NCBI GenBank assembly: GCA_035629475.1
Contig: DASPHS010000039.1
Location: 1-45,022 of the forward strand
Reading direction: 5' to 3'
DNA length: 45,022 nucleotides
Origin: Candidatus Saccharimonadales bacterium
GTDB lineage: Bacteria; Patescibacteriota; Saccharimonadia; Saccharimonadales; UBA4665
Part shown: positions 28,107 to 37,252 of the stretch, piece by piece
How positions within the stretch are numbered: the stretch's first letter is position 1
Layout: every line of letters begins with the position of its first letter
Notes under the pieces: model-generated
What the model saw: the letters and a program-made list of their open reading frames with translations, nothing else
Told to the model about the DNA's origin: nothing
Database searches by the model: none
Made by a program: the position numbers and the translations under genes

Positions 28107-31100
28107 ATGCCTCGCGCAGGAATTGCTCGAATTCCAGTACACCCGCCAGGTCGGCAGCGTAAGCACTGACATCGGGGATATCGAGCGACTTGATGCGCAT
28201 CCAGATGGCCTCGGCCAGTTTGCGGGCGTCAGCTTCCTCGCTGGGCGTAAAGTCCATGTGCAGCTCGTGGACGGTGCCATCCTCGTCAGGCTCCACGAAC
28301 TCCAGATAGGCATCTGTTACCGTGTAGCCGGCGAAGGCGTGCGATTCTTCAACGAGGGCTTTATACAGATACAGCTGCAGACGGTAGCGATGCAGCTTGG
28401 GGTCATTGCGCCAGCGGTCATAGCTTTTACCCGTCTTGTAATCGACGATAGTAATCGTGTGGTTTTGCTTATCGATAATCAGTTTATCTATTTTACCGGC
28501 CATGTGGGCATTACCAATGAACACTCCTTCGTTACGGAAGTTGAACTCGGCTTCGTCGGTGGCGTGATAGGTGTGGGCGCGCTGTTCCAGAACGGCTTTA
28601 ATGGCCAATTGCCCGCGGTCATAGAACTGCGTCGTATCTTGTTCGCTCAATCGTTTTGCACGCAAGTGGGCGCCAAATGTCTCCAGCGCAAGGGCGCGTT
28701 CGGGTAAGTGGCCATGCTGCTTGTTATAGCGGTGAAGCCACTCCAGCGTTTCGTGCATCGCGTTTCCGAATTCGCCGGTTGGAATCGGTGCTTTGGGAAA
28801 GCGCAAGATAGTATTCATAAAGAACGCGGCTGGGCCCTGGTGTTCCAGGTTAACAAAGGCGGTGACGTGTGTCGGACTCAGCTGGAACTGCTGTAACCTG
28901 CCCTGTAACAGCGCTCGCAAATCTTTGCTGCCCACGGCTGCTTCATGACGCTGTTGCCAATAGGCGGCGAGCTCGGTGGTGAGCGATGTATTGCTTTCCT
29001 CGGCGCGCTTGACTGATTGTTTACCCACCGGGAGATGCGGACTGGTAATGCTGCCATCATCATTGGTCGTCTCGTCCAGGTATTTCAGGCGTGTCTGTGC
29101 TCGGCCACCGTAGGTATTGGTGTAATTCAAGAGGTACAGCTGCGTCTTGGCGCGCGTTATGGCTACATAGAACAGGCGCAAGCGCTCATCGTTCGTAGCC
29201 CCGGCGTAGCGGATATATTGCAGATTTTGTGGTAAAGCCAGCCGGGAACCCAGGTTACGGGCTTTGCTTCCCCAGACATCGTCAGATACAGCCAGCACGA
29301 AGACGGCTTGGAATTCCATCCCCTTCGATTTGTAGGCGGTCATTAGCTGCACGGCCTCGCTAGCTTCCTGGTAGGGGCTGGTATTGAGGATTTTAATGTT
29401 AGCGGCCTGATGGGCGGCTACAAAGCTAATGAAGTCAGCCAGGTGCAGCTGGTCACCCTCCTCTTTGCGGAAGTCGCGGAGGCGGGAGCGCAGCACTGTC
29501 AGATTGGTCAGTAGGTTCCAGAATGACGCCGAAATAGTGGCGCTGGGCTGCTCCGTTTCAGCGGCAAAGGCCTCCTCCAGACTGACCTGCCCTTCGGGCT
29601 GCTCGGCGCGGGCGGGCACGACGACATCTTCGAAATGATGCGCATAGAACGGAGATTTGTAGGATGCGTGGTCGGGCTCCTGCAGGTCCAAGGGAGTAAC
29701 GCCAATCAAGTAATCAATCATTGTTTCCAGTGTTTCGGTGCCAGCCAGCATGCTCAGGCGGATGAAGAATAAGGCGATAGGCTTGAGTGATTCGTTTTCC
29801 AGCAGTACCTCGGTCCAGTTTTCGCGGTCATCATTGGCCTGCCAGGAAAGGTTCCAGATAAGGCTGGTGGGCAGCTGCCAAAAATCGAAGCTCAGCACTT
29901 CAGCCCAGAGGGCATTGGCTACAACATGCTGGCCACGGTTCAGGGCCAGCACCAGCTCGCTCATACGCACCAGTTGGGTAATAGACGGATCCTCAAGGAC
30001 GTTTTCACGCTTCTCGTAGCGCACGGGGATGTCCAGCTCTTGCAGGAATGGCACCAGCGGCTCCAGGAATTTATGTTTCGGGGCCAGCACGGCAATTTCT
30101 TCGGGCGGAACCTCGGCATCAATCAGCTTTTTAATCTGTTCAGCCGTCCAGGCGTATTGCCCGACGTCACTTTTGGCTTCGCGGCGTTCCACGATGGCCG
30201 TTTGCGGTAGGTTTTTATTCCCGGCGGTAATCGTTTTGGTAATAGCTGGAAAATTGTGGTGCAGGCGCTCGGTAATTTGCTCGGCAATGCCCTGGGCGGT
30301 GTGCAGAATGGCGCCATGCGAACGGTAGTTCTTGGTGAGGGTAATGACTTCTACGTCGCGGTAGAGGTTGTTAAACTGCAGCATGTGTGAATAATTCGCC
30401 CCTTGGAAGGCATAAATAGCCTGGTCGTCATCACCCACGGCGAGCACGTTCGGGCGGCCTTCACTGGCCGGGTTGTCGGTAAGCAGCTCTACCAGGCGTA
30501 GCTGGGCGCCGTTGGTATCCTGGAACTCATCCAGCAAGATATACAGGTAGCGTTCTTGCAGCGTAAAACGCAGGTCATCGTTAGTCTCCAGGGCGCGTAC
30601 TGCACGCAGAATCATATCGTCATAGTCAAATAACCCTTGGGCTTGCAACGCATCAAGATACTGTTGGTAGATGTCCGCCGCTGCGCGCAATTTTTGGTTC
30701 GTCTTGGTGCCGTCAACGGTAAAGTTGCCAGTCGAGTCTTTGGCAAGCCAGGCATTTTTCCACTGCGTAAGGGGTGTCGTCTTGCCACTCTCAGCGACTT
30801 CCTGTAGCGCCTGCACGAGCTCCTGCATGAACAGGCTGGCCAGCGGTACGACACCGTTGGTGGCACTGCCCAAGTCCACACTCTCCCCTACTTCACTGAG
30901 GATAGCCTCGAACAAGCCGGCACTGCTTTTGCTGATGCGGGTTAAGCCCCGTAATTTGGCGGCCACGATAGGGCTGGCTGCCGTGATAAAGCTGTCGTTC
31001 TGGTCGGCAATCGCCCGCAGGTCGCCGGGTGACAGGAGCGAGCGCTTGGCGTCACTGACAAAGGTTTGGATGTCCCGCAGGTACACCGATGCAAATTTAA

Positions 31101-31509
31101 GTGGGTTGCTGTACGGCAGGCCTTCAAAGATAGCCCGATAGATGCTGTCAGTGCCTAGGTCGTCGACGGGATCCATGTCAGCCAATTCGGCAAAGTAATC
31201 CGGATAGCGGCGGATAAGGTCACTGCCGAAGGCATGGTAGGTGCTGATGCTGACATCATATGCTTGCTGACCGATGAAGTTGCTCAACCGTTCACGCATG
31301 GTCTGTGCGGCGGACTCCGTAAAGGTCAGGCACAGGATGTTTTGTGGTAGCGTATCGGTGGTAGCCAAGATGTGGGCGATGCGAGTCGTAAGCAGCTGGG
31401 TCTTGCCCGTTCCCGGGCCGGCAATTACCAGCACTGGCCCGTCGATTGTCTCAACGGCCTTGCGCTGCTCAGCATTGAGCTTTGATAAGGCTACATCATA
31501 CTTCCCCAT
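28105..31509 (-). CDS. UvrD/PcrA-like SF1 helicase fused to a C-terminal PD-(D/E)XK (RecB-type) nuclease
   Basis: AGPGTGKT, LLDEFQDTN, VGDDDQAIYAFQGA, TKNYRS, YKSKGMEFQAVFVL, YVAITRAK. Nuclease motifs GKIDKLII...IVDYKTGK and RLQLYLYK. Start moved to ATG 31509 (GAGGTG upstream); the frame is open to 31560. Confidence 0.9.
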   Translation of the reverse strand: MGKYDVALSKLNAEQRKAVETIDGPVLVIAGPGTGKTQLLTTRIAHILATTDTLPQNILCLTFTESAAQTMRERLSNFIGQQAYDVSISTYHAFGSDLIRRYPDYFAELADMDPVDDLGTDSIYRAIFEGLPYSNPLKFASVYLRDIQTFVSDAKRSLLSPGDLRAIADQNDSFITAASPIVAAKLRGLTRISKSSAGLFEAILSEVGESVDLGSATNGVVPLASLFMQELVQALQEVAESGKTTPLTQWKNAWLAKDSTGNFTVDGTKTNQKLRAAADIYQQYLDALQAQGLFDYDDMILRAVRALETNDDLRFTLQERYLYILLDEFQDTNGAQLRLVELLTDNPASEGRPNVLAVGDDDQAIYAFQGANYSHMLQFNNLYRDVEVITLTKNYRSHGAILHTAQGIAEQITERLHHNFPAITKTITAGNKNLPQTAIVERREAKSDVGQYAWTAEQIKKLIDAEVPPEEIAVLAPKHKFLEPLVPFLQELDIPVRYEKRENVLEDPSITQLVRMSELVLALNRGQHVVANALWAEVLSFDFWQLPTSLIWNLSWQANDDRENWTEVLLENESLKPIALFFIRLSMLAGTETLETMIDYLIGVTPLDLQEPDHASYKSPFYAHHFEDVVVPARAEQPEGQVSLEEAFAAETEQPSATISASFWNLLTNLTVLRSRLRDFRKEEGDQLHLADFISFVAAHQAANIKILNTSPYQEASEAVQLMTAYKSKGMEFQAVFVLAVSDDVWGSKARNLGSRLALPQNLQYIRYAGATNDERLRLFYVAITRAKTQLYLLNYTNTYGGRAQTRLKYLDETTNDDGSITSPHLPVGKQSVKRAEESNTSLTTELAAYWQQRHEAAVGSKDLRALLQGRLQQFQLSPTHVTAFVNLEHQGPAAFFMNTILRFPKAPIPTGEFGNAMHETLEWLHRYNKQHGHLPERALALETFGAHLRAKRLSEQDTTQFYDRGQLAIKAVLEQRAHTYHATDEAEFNFRNEGVFIGNAHMAGKIDKLIIDKQNHTITIVDYKTGKSYDRWRNDPKLHRYRLQLYLYKALVEESHAFAGYTVTDAYLEFVEPDEDGTVHELHMDFTPSEEADARKLAEAIWMRIKSLDIPDVSAYAADLAGVLEFEQFLREA

Positions 31510-31589
31510 AGACACCTCTATTGTATCACCCACGCAGGCAGAGGCCGTAAATATTGACATAACTTAATTTATATAATATAAATATTATT

Positions 31590-31892
31590 ATGACACGAGA
31601 ACTATTACTGATGACCGCAGGTGTGGCAGCCTTCGGAATAGGGGCCAGTTGGGCGATCGGTGAAATGGCTGATAATGGGTATAACAATGGCGCCGAAGCA
31701 GTTGTTTATGCCGAAGAGAACGGCTACACAAACGTAGAGCTAGTCGATACAGACACGTTAACCTTTTTCAGTGGTTGCGACGACAGTGATGCAGTTAAAT
31801 ACGAAATGACCGCTACTGCGCCTAATGGTGCGCAAGCAAACGTTATCGCTTGTGGTGGCGTATGGACAGCGCTCACACTGCGCCGAGGCTAG
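31590..31892 (+). CDS. hypothetical small secreted/membrane protein
   Basis: 100 aa; N-terminal hydrophobic helix LLLMTAGVAAFGIGASWAI; two Cys. Confidence 0.45.
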   Translation: MTRELLLMTAGVAAFGIGASWAIGEMADNGYNNGAEAVVYAEENGYTNVELVDTDTLTFFSGCDDSDAVKYEMTATAPNGAQANVIACGGVWTALTLRRG

Positions 31893-31907
31893 ATCACGCG
31901 CTATATA

Positions 31908-31936
31908 AAGAGGCCAGCTATAACGCTGGTCTCTTT
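31908..31936. terminator. bidirectional hairpin between convergent genes
   Basis: AAAGAGGCCAGC tataa CGCTGGTCTCTTT (one mismatch), flanked by AT-rich runs. Confidence 0.55.
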
Positions 31937-31953
31937 ATATATAAACTGCGAAC

Positions 31954-33177
31954 CTAGATGATATCGGGGGCTTTGGCGCCGAGTGCCTTGGCGCACTGTG
32001 GGCAGGATTCTTCGTTGTCGAACTCGGTGGCCCACTGCTTGGTGGCCTTCCAGAAGGGTTGGAGGTCCTTGAAGCCAATCCAGTCGGCAGCGTTACGCAG
32101 CAGGTATCCCACGAACCCAAACAGGTTCCGGTTGCCCCATTGCACCGCTGCCCAGTTTTCACCGACTGGCAGCACGTAAATAGGCTGCTTGGGCTCGTAC
32201 TTGCGCATCAGGTCGCCTCGCGCCTCGCGCTCCAGGTTGTCTACCACGAACAGCGCGTCATAGAGGGCGGTTTGTGCTACGCCGCCATACTTGGTGTCGG
32301 CGTTATCGCCAATGACGTAGACACCATCGTCTGCTTGCAGATACTCGTTGACCGTAACCTTTGTGCCGCGCTCGTTCAGTGTGAACCCATTGTCTTTAAA
32401 GAACGGATGGTTAGAGACGCCGGCCGTCCATACGATGGTATGGCTTTGGATTGGCTTGCCGTCGACGGTCAGGCCCTCAGCGGTTGCGCCCTGAACGGTT
32501 TTGCCCAGATACAGTTTGACGCCTAGTTTGCGCAGGCGCTTGGCAGCGGCTTTCTGAATGCCTTTTGACATGCGGGGTACCAAGGTGGGTGCCGCTTCAA
32601 TAAGGTCAATATGCGGTGTGCGGTGCTTGATGCCATGGGCGGCCATTATCTCGCGGAGGTAGGTGCTGAGTGCCCCGGACAGCTCAATGCCTGTTGGGCC
32701 ACCACCCACGATGACATAGTTCAGGTCTGGCTTGCCGTCGCTGGTTAGCTGGTTGTGCAGGTGGTCCTTGAAGCGCCGGGCTTCTTCGGGTGATTTGATG
32801 CCGTAGGAGAATTCTTTCAGCCCTTCAATGCCAAAGTAATTAGTGACTACGCCGAGGCTCATGATGAGTACGTCATACATGTGTACGTGTCCGTCTGCGT
32901 CCTTGACGATTTTTTTCTTTTTATCGATGTGTACGGCGCTGCCAATTTTGACTTTGACGCCGGTGTTCTCAAATAACTCGGCAAGGGGGATACGGGACTG
33001 GCGGGCAGTGCCGCCGGTGGCAGTATGGTACAGCGTTGGGTAGTAATGAAAATTTGGTCGGTCAGATAGCAAGGTGACATCAAAAAGGCCGCTCTTGGAT
33101 GCTTCCAAAGCGGCCTTCACGCCACCAAAACCACCGCCGACCACGAGAATGTGTGTCTTAGAGATAGTTTTGTTCAT
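31954..33177 (-). CDS. ndh: type II NADH dehydrogenase (NDH-2)
   Basis: ILVVGGGFGG and VIVGGGPTGIE dinucleotide-binding folds, VYVIGDNA. Confidence 0.9.
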   Translation of the reverse strand: MNKTISKTHILVVGGGFGGVKAALEASKSGLFDVTLLSDRPNFHYYPTLYHTATGGTARQSRIPLAELFENTGVKVKIGSAVHIDKKKKIVKDADGHVHMYDVLIMSLGVVTNYFGIEGLKEFSYGIKSPEEARRFKDHLHNQLTSDGKPDLNYVIVGGGPTGIELSGALSTYLREIMAAHGIKHRTPHIDLIEAAPTLVPRMSKGIQKAAAKRLRKLGVKLYLGKTVQGATAEGLTVDGKPIQSHTIVWTAGVSNHPFFKDNGFTLNERGTKVTVNEYLQADDGVYVIGDNADTKYGGVAQTALYDALFVVDNLEREARGDLMRKYEPKQPIYVLPVGENWAAVQWGNRNLFGFVGYLLRNAADWIGFKDLQPFWKATKQWATEFDNEESCPQCAKALGAKAPDII

Positions 33178-33207
33178 ATGTTTTAGTATACAGGATAGGG
33201 CTTGTGC

Positions 33208-34041
33208 TTAACCAGTAATAAGCCGTTGATTGGCGTGGAGCCAGCCTTCGGTGGTGCCGCAGTCGAGGAATTCGCCTTCAGCTCGAATGACGGCCATACG
33301 GCTGCCGGCTGCGGTGTAGGCATTGATAACGTCGGTTATCATATACTCGCCGCTCCGTTCGGCGTTCATGTTTTCTTCCAGGAATGGGAAGATATCCCTG
33401 CCCATCAAGAAGCAACTGGAGTTATTCAGATTAGATGGAGCCTCTTCTTTGGTTGGCTTTTCAACGATACGTTCGTAGATTTCCCGCCCATCCTCGTCTT
33501 TGGTAACGACGACACCATAATTGTGCACTTCGTCCCACGATACTTCATTTGCGAGCATGGCTGAGGGCGTGCCGCTGTGTTGGGCGCGCTCTATAAAGCG
33601 AGCTACTTCGGAGCCATTGTCTTCACGGTAGAAGAACTGATCGCCAAAAACGACGAGTACTTTCTCGTCGGGGTGGACGAATTGGCGGCAAAGCCATATC
33701 GGCGTCGTAGTGCCATAGGGTTGGTGCTGGTCCTGGATAACGTAATGAAAGCGTGCTTTGCTTCGCAATTCGGATATCTCTTCCAGTTCTTTGATTTTCC
33801 CCTTGTTCTGCAGGTACTCCTCGAGGAGCTGGTGATGGCCGTAGTAGCGTTTGAGTTGCGAGAATTCCTCGCCCACCACAAAAAAGAATTCGGTTATGCC
33901 GGCTCGTATGCAGTCGTCTACAACGTAATCGATAATCGGGCGGTTGCCCACTGGCAGCATGCATTTTTCAATAGCTTTGGTAATAGGCAGCCGGCGGGTG
34001 CCATATCCGGCAACAGCAATAATAGCCTTAGTACAGTTCAT
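33208..34041 (-). CDS. sugar-1-phosphate nucleotidyltransferase (UTP-glucose-1-phosphate uridylyltransferase-like)
   Basis: KAIIAVAGYGTRRLPITKAIEKCMLPV...PIIDYVVDD. Confidence 0.85.
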   Translation of the reverse strand: MNCTKAIIAVAGYGTRRLPITKAIEKCMLPVGNRPIIDYVVDDCIRAGITEFFFVVGEEFSQLKRYYGHHQLLEEYLQNKGKIKELEEISELRSKARFHYVIQDQHQPYGTTTPIWLCRQFVHPDEKVLVVFGDQFFYREDNGSEVARFIERAQHSGTPSAMLANEVSWDEVHNYGVVVTKDEDGREIYERIVEKPTKEEAPSNLNNSSCFLMGRDIFPFLEENMNAERSGEYMITDVINAYTAAGSRMAVIRAEGEFLDCGTTEGWLHANQRLITG

Positions 34042-34047
34042 AGGTGG

Positions 34048-34668
34048 TTACTCCGCTGGTACAGTTACGGTAATTGTCTTGGTGAGGTCGAGGTTGCGGA
34101 CGCTGTCCTTGGCATGCACCGTAAATGTATAGGTGCCGGGTGCGGCCTGGCCGACGCGCAGGCTAAACGAAAAGCCCGTGGCGGCAGTAGCTTCTTGGTT
34201 GCCAACGATTGTTGGACTGGTGGCGCTGTCGCTCGTAACTGTCCACTGGACGGCGCTGCTGTCGCTCATGTTGAATGATAGGGGCTGTGATGTCGTCCCT
34301 TTTTTGAGTGTCACGGTACTCTCGGTCGAGGACTGGATACTGGGGCTTACAGCAGTGATGCTGTTGGGCGTTGTGGCGGGAGTAGGCGTAGGCGTCGCAG
34401 TGCTGTCCTGGCTGGGTTGCTGTGTGGCACTGGGAGCGTCTTCACGAGTGCTTCGGGCGCTCGGCGTTTGACCTGAGAGTGCTTCCTTGGTGGGGTCTTC
34501 GGCCTGCTGCACCGTACTTGCTGCGGTGCCATGAGGTTTTTGGTATACAGACCAGACGGCGGTAACCCCAATGAGCGTCATGCCCAAGGCTAAGCCGGAA
34601 AATACAAGAGGCTTGTATCTTTTGGTGCCGATCAATGTGGCGATGTAACTTAAAAATTTTACTAGCAT
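34048..34668 (-). CDS. membrane-anchored surface protein: S/T/P-rich linker plus beta-rich C-terminal domain
   Basis: TM LVFSGLALGMTLIGVTAVW, low-complexity TPTPTPATTP, C-terminal alternating beta pattern (TYTFTVHAKD...ITVTV). Confidence 0.55.
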   Translation of the reverse strand: MLVKFLSYIATLIGTKRYKPLVFSGLALGMTLIGVTAVWSVYQKPHGTAASTVQQAEDPTKEALSGQTPSARSTREDAPSATQQPSQDSTATPTPTPATTPNSITAVSPSIQSSTESTVTLKKGTTSQPLSFNMSDSSAVQWTVTSDSATSPTIVGNQEATAATGFSFSLRVGQAAPGTYTFTVHAKDSVRNLDLTKTITVTVPAE

Positions 34669-34742
34669 GAATGTTCCTAGTAGCTGCTACAAGTATAGCT
34701 GCTTATGCTGCAAAAAGCAATTCCACCCCTGTTAGATAGCGC

Positions 34743-35273
34743 CTACTGCAAGAGGTTTTTGATGGGCCGGGTGACACTATCAAGGGTTTCAATGACAGGT
34801 TGCACCATGTTCGGCACCGAAACGGTTATACCATCCTCAGTCAAAATCGGTGCCTGGAGGTGTAATTGGAGCCTGTCTTTGTCGGTGGTGAGCGAAATAC
34901 CCGTTTTGGACGGTTCGGCCGTCTGTTCTGGTGCCACATCTGGTAGCTGCGGTGCTGTCGGTGCTGTAGTGGTGACTAACGGTTCGGTAGCCTGTGTAAC
35001 TTGTCCGGCCTGCCCCACTGGAGCCTGGCCCGCGGGTGCCTGTTGGGGCGTGGCTTGCTGTTCGCCAATGACGGGCGCCGATGGCTTTGTGGCCACATAG
35101 ACAGCTCCCACGCTCAGAGCACCCAGGATAAGTGCCAGCGCGGCACACAGGACAACGACAAAGGAATTTTTGGCCAGCAGGAGGCTGGTATGGCGTTTGG
35201 TAGAGGTGAAGGCATGGGACATGCTTTTACGCATAGTACCTTTAGTATGCCACTTGTGCCCGCCCCTGTACAA
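34743..35273 (-). CDS. membrane-anchored low-complexity (Q/A/P-rich) protein
   Basis: Basic N-terminus, TM FVVVLCAALALILGALSVGAVYV, QQATPQQAPAGQAPVGQAGQ. The start may be the internal ATG at 35234. Confidence 0.5.
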   Translation of the reverse strand: MYRGGHKWHTKGTMRKSMSHAFTSTKRHTSLLLAKNSFVVVLCAALALILGALSVGAVYVATKPSAPVIGEQQATPQQAPAGQAPVGQAGQVTQATEPLVTTTAPTAPQLPDVAPEQTAEPSKTGISLTTDKDRLQLHLQAPILTEDGITVSVPNMVQPVIETLDSVTRPIKNLLQ

Positions 35274-35285
35274 TTGCTGTTTGTG

Positions 35286-36272
35286 CTAGGTGTCTTTTGG
35301 TGTTCCCTTTTTAGGCTTCGATCCACCAAAGCTAACATCAATATTTTCCTGACTGATGTACTCAGCAGCCTTAGCCGCCAGTGCGTAGGCCTTTTTGTCA
35401 CCTGCTGTAGGGTGCTTGGCATCCAGGCCGCGTGGCCATAGTTTATGGTAGCGCACGGTATCGATTTCAGCGGCATACACAACCACCTGCGTGATCAGGT
35501 AAATCCAAAACAACAGCCCTAATACGATGGCAAAGGTACCGTACAGGGCATCCAGGCCCTTTAGCTGGTGGGCGACCAGTAAGCTACCGAATGTCAGTAG
35601 CAGCTGAACGCCTAAGGCCGATATAGTCGCGCCAATGGCAACATTCTTCAGTGAAATGCGACGGGCAGTCGCCAGGTGAAAGATGACGGTGGTGGTGCCG
35701 GCCAGAATAATGAAGCCCACAATGTTGAGGACTACTTTAACCCACCATGCCCTGCCCAGTGATGACGTGATAATAGAGGCGCCGATAGTTGCAGCAAACC
35801 CTACAGCTCCCATACCTATGATACTCAGACTTTGCAGGATATTTTTAGGGAAGCCTGCCCGTTTGTCCTTGGGGATCTGCCACATATTATCAAGCGCATA
35901 GCGCAGCGCGTCGGCTGCGCCCCGGGCACCATATAACGTAATGATAATACCGATAGCCAGCCCAAACCCGGTTTTGCCCATGCTTTGAATGCTGCCCTGA
36001 AGTTGTTCACCAAGCATCGGAAAGTACGTGTTGATACTGCTGGATACTTGCGCCTCAACTGCCGGATTATTATTGAACACCAGATGCAAGACCGTCACCA
36101 GTACCAGTAACAGCGGGAAGAGCGACAGGAACCCATAGTATGTTATCAGCGCAGCTTGGAAGCCACCATTATCGTCACCGAATTTTTTGATAACAGCATA
36201 CGGAAACCCCACTACAGGGTGGCGCTGCTGGAATGCATCGAGTTTTTGGGTAACGACAGTGATGATGTTCAT
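35286..36272 (-). CDS. YihY/BrkB-family inner membrane protein
   Basis: GGFQAALITYYGFLSLFPLLLVL plus six hydrophobic segments. Confidence 0.85.
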   Translation of the reverse strand: MNIITVVTQKLDAFQQRHPVVGFPYAVIKKFGDDNGGFQAALITYYGFLSLFPLLLVLVTVLHLVFNNNPAVEAQVSSSINTYFPMLGEQLQGSIQSMGKTGFGLAIGIIITLYGARGAADALRYALDNMWQIPKDKRAGFPKNILQSLSIIGMGAVGFAATIGASIITSSLGRAWWVKVVLNIVGFIILAGTTTVIFHLATARRISLKNVAIGATISALGVQLLLTFGSLLVAHQLKGLDALYGTFAIVLGLLFWIYLITQVVVYAAEIDTVRYHKLWPRGLDAKHPTAGDKKAYALAAKAAEYISQENIDVSFGGSKPKKGTPKDT

Positions 36273-36281
36273 GTCACTCTG

Positions 36282-36500
36282 CTAGGCGTGCTTTTTGAAC
36301 GTGCTCTTGGCTTTCTCGACCAATTCACTGCCAGCATGGGCGATATTGGTAACCATAGCCAATTTTTGCTCGATGTTGTGGTGGATATGGTCAATCTTTT
36401 TCTTGATAGCGAATACGGCAATCACGGCGGCAATCATCAGAATGAACATGATGGCCATGTAGATAATGCCCATAAGGTAAAACGTTTCTTGTAAGTCCAT
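36282..36500 (-). CDS. small membrane protein (72 aa)
   Basis: Single TM YLMGIIYMAIMFILMIAAVIAVFAI followed by an amphipathic helix. Confidence 0.5.
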   Translation of the reverse strand: MDLQETFYLMGIIYMAIMFILMIAAVIAVFAIKKKIDHIHHNIEQKLAMVTNIAHAGSELVEKAKSTFKKHA

Positions 36501-36577
36501 GAGGAAGCTCCTTTTAATACATCGTATGGTAGCGGTTTTGCTGTTAGCGCTCTGTAAGAACGCTTACAGAGGCGGCC

Positions 36578-37150
36578 CTAGTTATCTGTGGCCTGCTCCT
36601 GGACCTGTTGACTACCGCGCTGCTGCAGGCTGCTCTCGAGGGGGAGTTGGTCGGGGCTGCTGCTGCCATCGCCTTCAGTAGGACTCGTTGGGGTTTCGAC
36701 GGGTGGTGTCGGCGTGTTCACCGGTACATCGGGTGTTACCGGCGCTGTTTGGGGTGGCGTGTGTTCACTGGCAGTGGGCTGTATGGCGTCTACCGTTGCC
36801 GTTGCCTTGTTGGTTGTCTTGGTTGGGCCGAGGCTGTTGGTGTCAGTATTCTTGACGCTAATGCTGGGTGACTGCGTTGGCTGACTTGTTACCGTCAGCT
36901 GAGGCCTTGCAATTGTTTTGAGGGCTTGATTCTTCAGGTTTGTCGCAGCTGCTTCCTCTGCTGAGGGTTGGCCGCCAAAGGTGCTCGGCACAGCTAATTC
37001 GCGCTGTTGGAAGCTGTCATCGCTGCTAAAAAGTGAGGCACCACCGCTGGTTGTTCCGAGTATCAATGCAAGGCCTGCGCAAACCATCACTATTGATCGT
37101 TTACTAGATGCGAGATTGCGACGAGCTGACTTGTGGGCGGATGCACGCAT
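36578..37150 (-). CDS. membrane-anchored S/T/P-rich protein
   Basis: Basic N-terminus, TM IVMVCAGLALILG, TPPQTAPVTPDVPVNTPTPPVETPTSP. Confidence 0.5.
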   Translation of the reverse strand: MRASAHKSARRNLASSKRSIVMVCAGLALILGTTSGGASLFSSDDSFQQRELAVPSTFGGQPSAEEAAATNLKNQALKTIARPQLTVTSQPTQSPSISVKNTDTNSLGPTKTTNKATATVDAIQPTASEHTPPQTAPVTPDVPVNTPTPPVETPTSPTEGDGSSSPDQLPLESSLQQRGSQQVQEQATDN

Positions 37151-37252
37151 GGCTGTTTATAGTATGACACACTCCCAATGTGATATTTCTCTTGTTCCCC
37201 TAGCATGAAATGCTGCTTGCGTTAAATATACCATAGCCCTTAAGCTTATGGT

